Of a stretch of 64,000 nucleotides of DNA, positions 56,143 through 64,000 are shown piece by piece. The position numbers were made by a program, and so were the translations under genes. The stretch covers positions 1,900 to 65,899 of the forward strand of contig CAMWQI010000001.1 in NCBI GenBank assembly GCA_947176345.1, in the 5' to 3' direction. This DNA is from an uncultured Ruminococcus sp. (GTDB lineage Bacteria > Bacillota > Clostridia > Oscillospirales > Ruminococcaceae). The notes beneath the pieces were generated by a model. The model was not told where the DNA came from. It worked only from the letters and a program-made list of their open reading frames with translations, and did no database searches. Each line of letters starts with the position of its first letter. Position 1 is the stretch's first letter.

Positions 56143-56352
56143 ATGACGATTATTGACCGTTTTGAAAATAATAAAGCCGTCCTTGAAACCGACGGCGGAA
56201 TGATTGAAATTGAACGCTCACAGTTACCAGAAAATGCCCATGAAGGTGATGTCCTTGTGGAAAATAATGGTGTATGGTCTGTTGATATTCCGTCAACTGA
56301 AAAAAGGCGTTCTGATATGCGTGAATTAATGAAAAGGCTGATGAAAAAATGA
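56143..56352 (+). CDS. DUF3006-like small protein
   Basis: 69 aa. IDRFENNKAVLETDGG...EGDVL pattern. Usual partner of ComEC-like MBL genes, as I recall. Confidence 0.7.
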   Translation: MTIIDRFENNKAVLETDGGMIEIERSQLPENAHEGDVLVENNGVWSVDIPSTEKRRSDMRELMKRLMKK

Positions 56353-57566
56353 CTGATATAATTATAATCGGTGGTGGAGCGTCCGGCTGTTTCGGAGCAG
56401 TACAGGCGACACGTTTCGGGAAAAGCGTTACACTTTTTGAGCCTAACGAAAAGTTAGGTCGGAAACTCCGCATTACCGGCAAGGGAAGATGTAACTTAAC
56501 AAATAATTCCGATGTTCAGGAGCATATGAAAAATATCCCCGTGAATAATAGATTTATGTATAGTGCGTTTTCTGTTTTCAACGCTTATGATACTATGAAT
56601 TTCTTTGAAGAATTAGGTGTACCACTCAAAACTGAACGTGGAAACAGAGTTTTTCCGGTAAGCGACAACGCAAACGATATAGCAGATGCACTTGTACATG
56701 AAATGAAAAAATCAGGCGTGAAGATTATTCATAAGCGTGTGACGGAAATAATTACAGAAAACAATATCTGTAAAGGCGTTAAAGTCAGAAATGAAACTTA
56801 TTATGCAAAATCCGTTCTTATAGCCTGTGGCGGAAAGTCTTATCAAGGAACAGGCTCTACCGGTGACGGTTACAGGCTTGCCGAATCAGTAGGACATACA
56901 ATAACGGAAATAAAACCAAGTCTTGTACCGCTTGTATCTCCGGATAAATATTGTGCCGATATGATGGGACTTTCTTTAAGAAATGTAACACTCAATCTCT
57001 ATGACCGTGAAAAACTTATATATTCTGAATTAGGCGAAATGCTTTTCACACACTTTGGTGTTTCCGGACCATTAGTGCTTAGTGCAAGCTCACATATTCG
57101 GGAAATGCAGTCCGGACGGTATAAAATTCTCATAGACCTTAAACCTGCTCTCACTCCGGAACAGCTTGATGCAAGAATACAGCGTGACTTTGCAGAAAAT
57201 TTAAACCGTGATTTCATAAATGGTATAAGGAAATTACTTCCGGCAAAATTAATTCCGGTAGCCGTAAGACTTTCCGGAATAAGTCCGGAACAGAAAGTCA
57301 ATAGCATAACCAAAGAACAGAGACATAAATTCGGTGAACTGATAAAGGCTTTTCCGGTGAGAATATCGGGCTTTCGTCCGGTAGAGGAGGCTATTATAAC
57401 AAGTGGTGGAATTTCCGTTAAGGAAATAAACCCTAAAACTATGGAGTCAAAAATCATTAAGGGACTTTTCTTTGCCGGTGAGGTAATAGATGTTGATGCC
57501 TACACAGGCGGATTTAATTTACAGATAGCTTTTTCAACGGCATATTCAGCCGTACTATATATGTAA
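56349..57566 (+). CDS. NAD(P)/FAD-dependent oxidoreductase, HI0933/BaiN-like family
   Basis: IIIIGGGASGCF dinucleotide motif, GKGRCNLTN, and C-terminal GGISVKEINPKTMESK...FAGEVIDVDAYTGGFNLQ. Confidence 0.85.
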   Translation: MTDIIIIGGGASGCFGAVQATRFGKSVTLFEPNEKLGRKLRITGKGRCNLTNNSDVQEHMKNIPVNNRFMYSAFSVFNAYDTMNFFEELGVPLKTERGNRVFPVSDNANDIADALVHEMKKSGVKIIHKRVTEIITENNICKGVKVRNETYYAKSVLIACGGKSYQGTGSTGDGYRLAESVGHTITEIKPSLVPLVSPDKYCADMMGLSLRNVTLNLYDREKLIYSELGEMLFTHFGVSGPLVLSASSHIREMQSGRYKILIDLKPALTPEQLDARIQRDFAENLNRDFINGIRKLLPAKLIPVAVRLSGISPEQKVNSITKEQRHKFGELIKAFPVRISGFRPVEEAIITSGGISVKEINPKTMESKIIKGLFFAGEVIDVDAYTGGFNLQIAFSTAYSAVLYM

Positions 57567-57579
57567 AGGAGTTTTTATT

Positions 57580-58242
57580 ATGAGTATAAATATTGCAATC
57601 GACGGACCAGCCGGAGCAGGCAAAAGTACCATTGCAAAAATGGTCTCCGCTGAACTGGGGTATATATACGTTGATACGGGGGCATTATACAGGACTATCG
57701 CTCTTTTTATAAAGGAGAATAATATTTCTGACGAAAATATCCCTACAGAAATCAAAAAGGCAGACGTTTCACTTAAATTCGTTGACGGCACACAGAAAGT
57801 CTTTTTAGGTGACAGGGACGTTTCTGGTTTTATACGTACACCGGAAATTTCCATGGAGGCTTCAAGGACTTCTGCTATGCCGGTTGTCCGTGAATATCTT
57901 TTTGATACACAGCAGAAAATAGCCCGTGAAAACAATGTCATCATGGACGGAAGAGACATCGGAACAGTTGTACTCCCGAATGCAGATGTTAAAATTTTCC
58001 TCACTGCCACACCGGAAGAACGTGCAAACCGTCGTTATAAGGAACTTGCCGAAAAGCCAAACTGTCCGTGCTATGAGGAAATTTTAAGTGATATTATAGA
58101 ACGTGACCACAATGATATGAATCGTTCTGTTGCTCCGCTGAAACAGGCTGATGATGCTGTACTTGTTGATACAACATATCTTACATTACAGCAGTCGGCA
58201 AACGAAATAATAAGAATTATTAATGAAAAGACAGGCAGGTGA
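57580..58242 (+). CDS. cmk: Cytidylate kinase
   Basis: IAIDGPAGAGKSTIAK and DTGALYR motifs. 220 aa. Confidence 0.93.
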   Translation: MSINIAIDGPAGAGKSTIAKMVSAELGYIYVDTGALYRTIALFIKENNISDENIPTEIKKADVSLKFVDGTQKVFLGDRDVSGFIRTPEISMEASRTSAMPVVREYLFDTQQKIARENNVIMDGRDIGTVVLPNADVKIFLTATPEERANRRYKELAEKPNCPCYEEILSDIIERDHNDMNRSVAPLKQADDAVLVDTTYLTLQQSANEIIRIINEKTGR

Positions 58243-58246
58243 TAAT

Positions 58247-58861
58247 ATGCTTTATACTTTGGAAAAGGGACTTGTAAGGCTTGTAATGAGTATAGCTTTT
58301 AATCTGCATTTTGAGGGCAGGGAAAATATTCCGAAAGATACAACGGTAATATTTGCCTCCAATCACCGCACCAATGCCGACCCACCATTTGTGGGCTGTG
58401 CATTGCGTGGAAAACACGCTTTTATGGCTAAGGAAGAATTATTCAGAAATAAATTTTTCGGGGCTTTGATACGCAGTGTAGGGGCTTTTCCAGTATCTCG
58501 TGGAAAAGGCGATACAGCAGTTATTGATAAATCTGTTGAAGCACTCAACAATAACAGAAGTCTTATGATTTTTCCGGAGGGTACACGTTCCAAAGACGGT
58601 AAAGTACATAAGGGTCATTCAGGTGCGGCACTTATTGCGGCACGCTCCGGAAAACCTATAGTTCCGGTAGGAATAGTTTTTGGTGAAAAACTTAAATTCC
58701 GCACAAAAGTTACTGTAAAATACGGCAAACCAATAAATCCGGCTGATTATTGTGAGATATGCGACACACCTAATCCACGACAGATTGTTAAACTTAAAAA
58801 TCGTTATATGGCTGATATAAAATTACTTGCTGAAGGAGAACCGGAGGCGAAAAATGAGTAA
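58247..58861 (+). CDS. plsC: 1-acyl-sn-glycerol-3-phosphate acyltransferase
   Basis: NHRTNADP (HX4D variant) and FPEGTRS motifs. The ATG at 58247 follows AGGTGA. Confidence 0.88.
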   Translation: MLYTLEKGLVRLVMSIAFNLHFEGRENIPKDTTVIFASNHRTNADPPFVGCALRGKHAFMAKEELFRNKFFGALIRSVGAFPVSRGKGDTAVIDKSVEALNNNRSLMIFPEGTRSKDGKVHKGHSGAALIAARSGKPIVPVGIVFGEKLKFRTKVTVKYGKPINPADYCEICDTPNPRQIVKLKNRYMADIKLLAEGEPEAKNE

Positions 58862-60788
58862 AATTACTGTTGCAAAGTCGGCAGGTTTTTGTTTCGGGGT
58901 TGACAGGGCTGTAAAAATGGTGTATAATGAACTTGATAAGGGCGTTAAGGTGGCTACTTTCGGGGCTATCATACACAATAAGGACGTTGTGAACGATATG
59001 ACCGCACGGGGTGTGAGAATTGTTAATTCTGTTGACGAACTCCAGCCCGGCGAAACTGTTGTTATACGTTCTCACGGTGTGGGCAGGGAAGTATATGAAC
59101 AAATAAGGAAAAAAGGAAACAGACTGCTTGATGCTACTTGCCCGTTTGTTTCCAAAATTCATAAAATAGTTGCTGAAAAAACAAAAGAGGGGTGCTTTAT
59201 TCTCATTGCCGGCGATTCTGAACACCCTGAAGTGCGTGGAATTGTTGGTCATTGTGACCAAAATTACTTTGTTTTTAAAGATAATTTTGAACTAAAACAC
59301 TTTTTTGAAAATCTGGACGAAAATTTCAAAAAAACTATTGCTTTTGTCGCTCAAACGACGTATAATATATTAGTATGGGAAAAGTGTTTAAAGGAAATTC
59401 CGGAGGACGTGCCTGTTGTTATATCAGATACAATATGCAACGCTACTGATAAGAGACAGTCTGATGCCCGTGAACTTGCACAGCGGTCTGACATTATGTT
59501 TGTTGTCGGGGGCAAGCACAGTTCAAATACTGTCAAGCTTTATGATGTATGCAGTAAGTATTGCAAAACGTATCACATAGAAAATGTGCAGGAACTCGAA
59601 ACTTTAGATATTCCCGTTGCTGAAAATATCGGCATTACTGCCGGAGCGTCAACTCCGGCTTATATAATTAAGGAGGTACTAACCAAAATGGCAGAAATTG
59701 AAAAGGAAACAATTCAGGAAGAGGAAAATTTTCAGGAGTTGCTTGACCAGTCATTCAAAAAAATACATACAGGAGAAAAAGTTAAGGCTATAGTTGTTTC
59801 TGTAAATAATGCAGAAGTTGTCGTTGACCTCGGCACAAAGCACACCGGCTATGTTGCACTCGAAGACCTTACAGATGATGTTACTAAAAAGCCTGAAGAC
59901 ATTGTAAATGTTGGTGATGAAATTGAACTTGTTGTTATTAAAGTGAATGATGCAGAGGGCGTGGCTCATCTTTCAAAGAAAAAGGTTGACGAGCAGGCTG
60001 GCTATGAAAAAATTCTTAAGGCTAAGGAAGAAGGCACTATACTTGAAGGCACTATACAGCACGTTGTAAACAGGGGTGTTACACTTAATGTTAACGGTGT
60101 GAGAGTATTTATTCCGGCTTCACATACTGGTCTCCCGATAGGTGCAGAACTTGAACAGCTCCTCAAGAAAAAAGTTGAATTTATGATTATTGAAGTTACT
60201 GAGGGCAGAAAGAGAGCAGTAGGCTCTATCAAGGCTGTACAGAACGCACGTAAGGAAGAAATCAAGGCTAAATTCTGGGAAACAACAAGCATCGGAGATA
60301 CTTTCACTGGTAAGGTTAAGTCACTTACAAACTTTGGTGCATTCGTTGACCTTGGCGGTATTGACGGAATGGTTCATATTTCCGAACTCTCATGGAAGAG
60401 ACTTAAACACCCGAGCGAAGTTGTAAGCGTTGGTGATACTCTTGAAGTTTACATCAAAGACCTTGACAAAGAAAGCGGAAGAATTTCACTTGGCTACAAA
60501 AATTCAGAAGATAATCCGTGGAAAATCTTCATGGATAACTACAAAGTTGGCGACGTTGTAAAGGCTACAGTTGTTTCTATCACTGCTTATGGTGCATTCG
60601 CACAGATTATTGATGGTGTAGACGGTCTTATTCATATCTCAAAAATTGCAGACAGAAAGGTTGAAAATGTAAAGGATGTTCTTTCTGTAGGTGATGAAGT
60701 TACTGTCAAGATTACAAATATTGAGGAAGACAGAAAGAGAGTAAGCATTTCTATGCGTGACGTTGAGGAAACTGAAGACGCTGAATAA
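58854..60788 (+). CDS. ispH: Bifunctional 4-hydroxy-3-methylbut-2-enyl diphosphate reductase / ribosomal protein S1-like (IspH fused to four S1 domains)
   Basis: The N-terminus MSKITVAKSAGFCFGVDRAV...DATCPFV...SSNT is IspH. The C-terminal half has four S1 motifs (GxxVxGxV...GAFVDLGG.DGMVHISE). The ATG at 58854 follows GGAGG. Confidence 0.9.
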   Translation: MSKITVAKSAGFCFGVDRAVKMVYNELDKGVKVATFGAIIHNKDVVNDMTARGVRIVNSVDELQPGETVVIRSHGVGREVYEQIRKKGNRLLDATCPFVSKIHKIVAEKTKEGCFILIAGDSEHPEVRGIVGHCDQNYFVFKDNFELKHFFENLDENFKKTIAFVAQTTYNILVWEKCLKEIPEDVPVVISDTICNATDKRQSDARELAQRSDIMFVVGGKHSSNTVKLYDVCSKYCKTYHIENVQELETLDIPVAENIGITAGASTPAYIIKEVLTKMAEIEKETIQEEENFQELLDQSFKKIHTGEKVKAIVVSVNNAEVVVDLGTKHTGYVALEDLTDDVTKKPEDIVNVGDEIELVVIKVNDAEGVAHLSKKKVDEQAGYEKILKAKEEGTILEGTIQHVVNRGVTLNVNGVRVFIPASHTGLPIGAELEQLLKKKVEFMIIEVTEGRKRAVGSIKAVQNARKEEIKAKFWETTSIGDTFTGKVKSLTNFGAFVDLGGIDGMVHISELSWKRLKHPSEVVSVGDTLEVYIKDLDKESGRISLGYKNSEDNPWKIFMDNYKVGDVVKATVVSITAYGAFAQIIDGVDGLIHISKIADRKVENVKDVLSVGDEVTVKITNIEEDRKRVSISMRDVEETEDAE

Positions 60789-60808
60789 TTATTCATTCTG
60801 ACAAACAA

Positions 60809-60841
60809 GGGACTGTGCATTACTGTGCAGTTCCTTTTTTT
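60809..60841 (+). terminator. Intrinsic terminator after ispH-S1
   Basis: 11-bp stem GGGACTGTGCA/TGTGCAGTTCC (with G-U pairs), 4-nt loop, T7 run. Confidence 0.7.
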
Positions 60842-60857
60842 AGAAAGCAGGTTCTTT

Positions 60858-61268
60858 ATGGAAAGATTTTTAAAGGCACAGGAAAGTTCCTATCCCATAG
60901 TTTTGAACGAAATAAAAAACGGGAAGAAATGTTCTCATTGGATATGGTATATATTTCCACAGCTTGCGGAGTTGGGAAGAAGTTCTACAGCTAAATATTA
61001 TGGAATAAAAGATATTAATGAAGCAAAACAATATCTTGAAAATGATACTCTCCGTGAAAGACTTATTGAAATTTCAGAGACTTTACTTTCAGTAGATGAT
61101 ACAGCAGTTAATATATTAGGTTATATTAATGCAATGAAAGTTAAATCATGCATGACTTTATTTCATGAAGCTGACCCCTCAATAGAAATTTTCACAAAGG
61201 TTATTGATAAATTCTATGATGGAAAATACGATAACAGAACACTTGCGGTTTTAAGGAGGCAACTATGA
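60858..61268 (+). CDS. DUF1810-family protein
   Basis: MERFLKAQESSYPIVLNEIKNGKKCSHWIWYIFPQLAELGRSSTAKYYGI is the typical DUF1810 N-terminus as I recall. Confidence 0.8.
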   Translation: MERFLKAQESSYPIVLNEIKNGKKCSHWIWYIFPQLAELGRSSTAKYYGIKDINEAKQYLENDTLRERLIEISETLLSVDDTAVNILGYINAMKVKSCMTLFHEADPSIEIFTKVIDKFYDGKYDNRTLAVLRRQL

Positions 61269-61807
61269 GCTGGCTAAAATGCAGATGTGGTAATATTATC
61301 CGGGATAATTCGGATTATATCGACTATAAGGGGCATATTATGCCAGACCAAGACGAAGGGGATTATTTTGACAGAGCGGAGGAAATAATAAAGTCAGATA
61401 ATCCGGATAAAAACAGTCTGATGTTTGATTTTTTATGTGAAATAAATGACAAAATTATTTATCAGTGTACGGAATGCGGAAGATTATACATTGAGGGGGA
61501 GGAACAATATTACTGTTTCATGCCGGAAAACCATGATAACAAAAACATTCTGAAATCCGTTCACGGCGAAAAATGGAAAGGTTTTCTGCACGCCGAATGG
61601 AACGAAAAAAAATATGAATGGCAAGAATATAAAGGTTATGTATGTGCAAATGTAAATTACCCGTGTGAAAGTATTCATTCAGACGACAGACAGGAAATTA
61701 TTGACGGTTATTACAGACTTCTTGACGAACTGAAACAAGTCGGAGTTATACGTTATGCTACTTTGAGAATAAACGAAAAACTCATTCATGAATGGAATAA
61801 TTCATAA
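61265..61807 (+). CDS. Hypothetical protein with two Cys pairs (180 aa)
   Basis: ATGA overlap with the DUF1810 gene. CRCG...CTECG is a possible zinc ribbon. No family recognised. Confidence 0.65.
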   Translation: MSWLKCRCGNIIRDNSDYIDYKGHIMPDQDEGDYFDRAEEIIKSDNPDKNSLMFDFLCEINDKIIYQCTECGRLYIEGEEQYYCFMPENHDNKNILKSVHGEKWKGFLHAEWNEKKYEWQEYKGYVCANVNYPCESIHSDDRQEIIDGYYRLLDELKQVGVIRYATLRINEKLIHEWNNS

Positions 61808-61890
61808 AATTTTCCGGAATATTATTGACAAATTAAAATAAATAATGTATATTTAAATTATACTAATTTAACAGAGAGGGGTTAAAATTT

Positions 61891-64000
61891 ATGATTTTGA
61901 AAAAAATCACTGCTATGGCATCTGCACTGGCACTTTCCGCAGGAATGATGACTTATATTCCGACGGGAAAAGCCGTCAATGCAAAGGCAGAAGTTGAAGT
62001 TAATTATGCTGAGGCTCTACAGAAATCAATGTTTTTCTATGAGGTTCAGCAGGCTGGCACTTTGCCGGAATGGAACTCTGTTTCATGGCGTGCCGACACC
62101 ATGAAAAAAGAAGACGGCACATCTTCGGATATTATTGACGGAGGTTGGTTCGATGCAGGTGACCACCTTAAATTTGCTCTCACTAATGCCTATACTGCTT
62201 CTGTTCTTTCGTGGGGACTTATTGAATATAAAGATGCAGTCAAGAAAGCAGGTTTATATGACTTGTATCTTAGAAATCTCAAGTGGGGACTGGATTATGT
62301 TGTTGCCTGTGATTTAGGTGATAAAGTTATCGGTACTATCGGTGAAGATGGTTTTGACCATGTATGGTACGGAAGTCCGGAAGTATATATAAGGAAATTC
62401 AATCTTAAGAACGATACGGAAGAAAGACCATATGATACAATAACAAACTGCACTACAGTTGCAGAAATGGCGGCGGCTATGGCTGGCGGATATATTGTTT
62501 TTAAGGACGAAGACCCGAAAGCTGCCAAAGAATATCTTGAACACGCTGAAAGTCTTTTCAAGCTTGCAAATGATGTATGGGCTGAAAACGGTGCTGACGC
62601 TAACAAAGACCAAGGCGTACAGGGAAAATATTACAATACTATAAACAATCAGGGTACGGATAACTTTATTGATGAGCTTATGTACGCTGCCAACTGGATG
62701 TATATGGCTACCGGCGACCAGTCATATCTTGACAAGTGCGAAAAGGAATATATTCCGCTGTTTCCTAAGGAAAGCCAGTCTACAGACAAAAAATATACAT
62801 GGGGTTTCTGCTGGGACGATACCACTCAGGCGGCAGCACTTCTTTATGCTATAAATACAGGTAAGCAGGAATGGATTGACCATGTTTCCCATCATCTTGA
62901 TTATATGATTAGTGGCTACAACGGCAAAAAGCCTGTAGGTGGCTGGACTCCTGATGGCATGACTATCGTTGACGGTGCAGGCTGGGGAACTCTCAGATAT
63001 ACGGAAAATGCGGGTTGGCTGGCAAAACTTGCAAGTGATACTATTTTCAAGGACAATGCACAGCTTTCCGAAAAGTATAATACATGGGCAAAGAAAATGA
63101 TGGATTATGCTTTCGGGGACAATGACCTCGGACTTAGCTATGTTGTCGGAATGGGTGAAAAGAATCCTGTTAATATCCACCATAGAGGCGCTTCGGGAAT
63201 TCACGATGACTACTGGCAGGAACTGGGTAAAGAAGAGCCTGAAGAAGATGACGGTTGGCAGAGAGAATATGCACATGTTCTTTATGGTGCTTTGGAGGGT
63301 GGACCTAATCCGGACGGAACTTTCAAGGACGATAACGGCTCATATGTTAATACAGAAGTAGCTATTGACTACAACGCCGGATATACCGCCGCATTGTGTG
63401 CGTTCATTGACGATTACGGCGGTGAAAAACTCGCTGATTTCCCACAGCCTGAAACTCCTAAGTGGGCAGAATGGAAAATAGCTGCATCTCTCAACGGTCA
63501 CGGAGACAGCTACACTGAAATAAAGACATGGGCTATGAATCACACTGCATGGCCTACAAGAGTAGCAAAAAATATCAAGTACAGATATTATTTTGACATT
63601 TCAGAAGTGCTTGAAGCTGGTTTGTCTGTTGATGACATTACTATAAAAATCGGCTCACAGCAGTATCAGGAGGGAAAACAGGGTTATGCTACAACTACAG
63701 GCAAACCGATAAAATATGAGGGTGACCCGTCAGGCAACACTTATTACGCTGAAATCGTATTTGAGGACGGCAGGGCTATTATGCCAACAGGTCAGAGCGA
63801 ACACAGAGATGAAGTGCAGTTCAGAATTTCAATTCCGGACGCTATTGACGGCAAATCTACAAAAGGTGCATGGAATCCAGCAAATGACTGGTCCTATGAC
63901 GGTGTTGAAGATGCTCCGATAAAAATGGAACTTGAGGCGGCACTTAATGACCATATCACTATGTATGTTGATGATGTTCTTGTATGGGGTACTGAACCGG
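61891..64000 (+). CDS. GH9 endoglucanase fused to a CBM3c-like module (partial; continues past window end)
   Basis: Hand-checked open frame 1 from ATG 61891 (GAGAGGGG RBS) to the window end. Signal peptide. DGGWFDAGDHLKF, HHRGASG and YVNTEVAIDYNAG are GH9 motifs, followed by a CBM3c-like YRYYFDISE...VQFRISIP...WNPANDWSY. Missing from the ORF track because it has no stop in the window. Confidence 0.92.
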   Translation, partial: MILKKITAMASALALSAGMMTYIPTGKAVNAKAEVEVNYAEALQKSMFFYEVQQAGTLPEWNSVSWRADTMKKEDGTSSDIIDGGWFDAGDHLKFALTNAYTASVLSWGLIEYKDAVKKAGLYDLYLRNLKWGLDYVVACDLGDKVIGTIGEDGFDHVWYGSPEVYIRKFNLKNDTEERPYDTITNCTTVAEMAAAMAGGYIVFKDEDPKAAKEYLEHAESLFKLANDVWAENGADANKDQGVQGKYYNTINNQGTDNFIDELMYAANWMYMATGDQSYLDKCEKEYIPLFPKESQSTDKKYTWGFCWDDTTQAAALLYAINTGKQEWIDHVSHHLDYMISGYNGKKPVGGWTPDGMTIVDGAGWGTLRYTENAGWLAKLASDTIFKDNAQLSEKYNTWAKKMMDYAFGDNDLGLSYVVGMGEKNPVNIHHRGASGIHDDYWQELGKEEPEEDDGWQREYAHVLYGALEGGPNPDGTFKDDNGSYVNTEVAIDYNAGYTAALCAFIDDYGGEKLADFPQPETPKWAEWKIAASLNGHGDSYTEIKTWAMNHTAWPTRVAKNIKYRYYFDISEVLEAGLSVDDITIKIGSQQYQEGKQGYATTTGKPIKYEGDPSGNTYYAEIVFEDGRAIMPTGQSEHRDEVQFRISIPDAIDGKSTKGAWNPANDWSYDGVEDAPIKMELEAALNDHITMYVDDVLVWGTEP

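Noticed and set aside
57555-58010. 151-aa minus-strand ORF antisense to cmk
   Set aside because: Shadow ORF within a conserved gene, with no RBS or family resemblance.
58794-59261. 155-aa minus-strand ORF antisense to the plsC/ispH junction
   Set aside because: Antisense shadow ORF. The plus-strand genes are strongly supported by motifs and RBSs.
62295-63543. Several minus-strand and frame-2 plus-strand ORFs (60-184 aa) listed in the track across 62.1-63.9 kb
   Set aside because: All lie within the hand-verified open frame-1 GH9-CBM3c gene (61891 to window end). The track omits that gene only because it has no stop codon in the window.

Overview
This looks like a chromosomal segment from a low-GC Clostridia member, probably a fibrolytic Ruminococcus-type organism. 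That call is an inference from three dockerin-bearing proteins with Thr-rich linkers, a GH5 and a GH9-CBM3c cellulase, and spoIVA plus a SipL-like gene. The core content is: the str operon (rpsL-rpsG-fusA-tuf, minus strand), trkA-trkH, serC-serA, ilvE, alr, an LCP/TatD/PP2C operon, an iorA/iorB/paaK arylpyruvate cluster, malQ-glgP, cdaA-cdaR, a cysteine desulfurase with DUF3343, a tepA-like gene, ftsK, ygiQ, and cmk-plsC-ispH::S1. I saw no rRNA, tRNA, CRISPR array, transposase, integrase or phage genes. Many intergenic regions carry near-perfect TTGACA-17-TATAAT promoters and clear intrinsic terminators. The most unusual region is an ~8.8 kb co-directional, translationally coupled gene string (26603-35381). 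In it, intact iorA, iorB and paaK are interleaved with seven AT-rich orphan ORFs, including a diverged tandem paralog pair and a DUF1963/YwqG-like gene. I read this as either an orphan immunity-like cassette array embedded in a metabolic operon or an unknown accessory set; I cannot assign families by eye. Other items worth a second look:
- a 223-nt hairpin-dense rpsL-rpsG spacer, a candidate S7 operator;
- a ~115-nt promoter-to-terminator orphan transcript next to an XRE regulator;
- a 43-aa membrane micro-ORF upstream of ilvE, missed by the ORF track;
- an N-terminal dockerin fused to a VanY DD-carboxypeptidase through three 270-bp tandem repeats;
- a repeated uncharacterised module shared by the GH5 enzyme and a dockerin protein.
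All family names come from motif recognition by eye. No database search was run.
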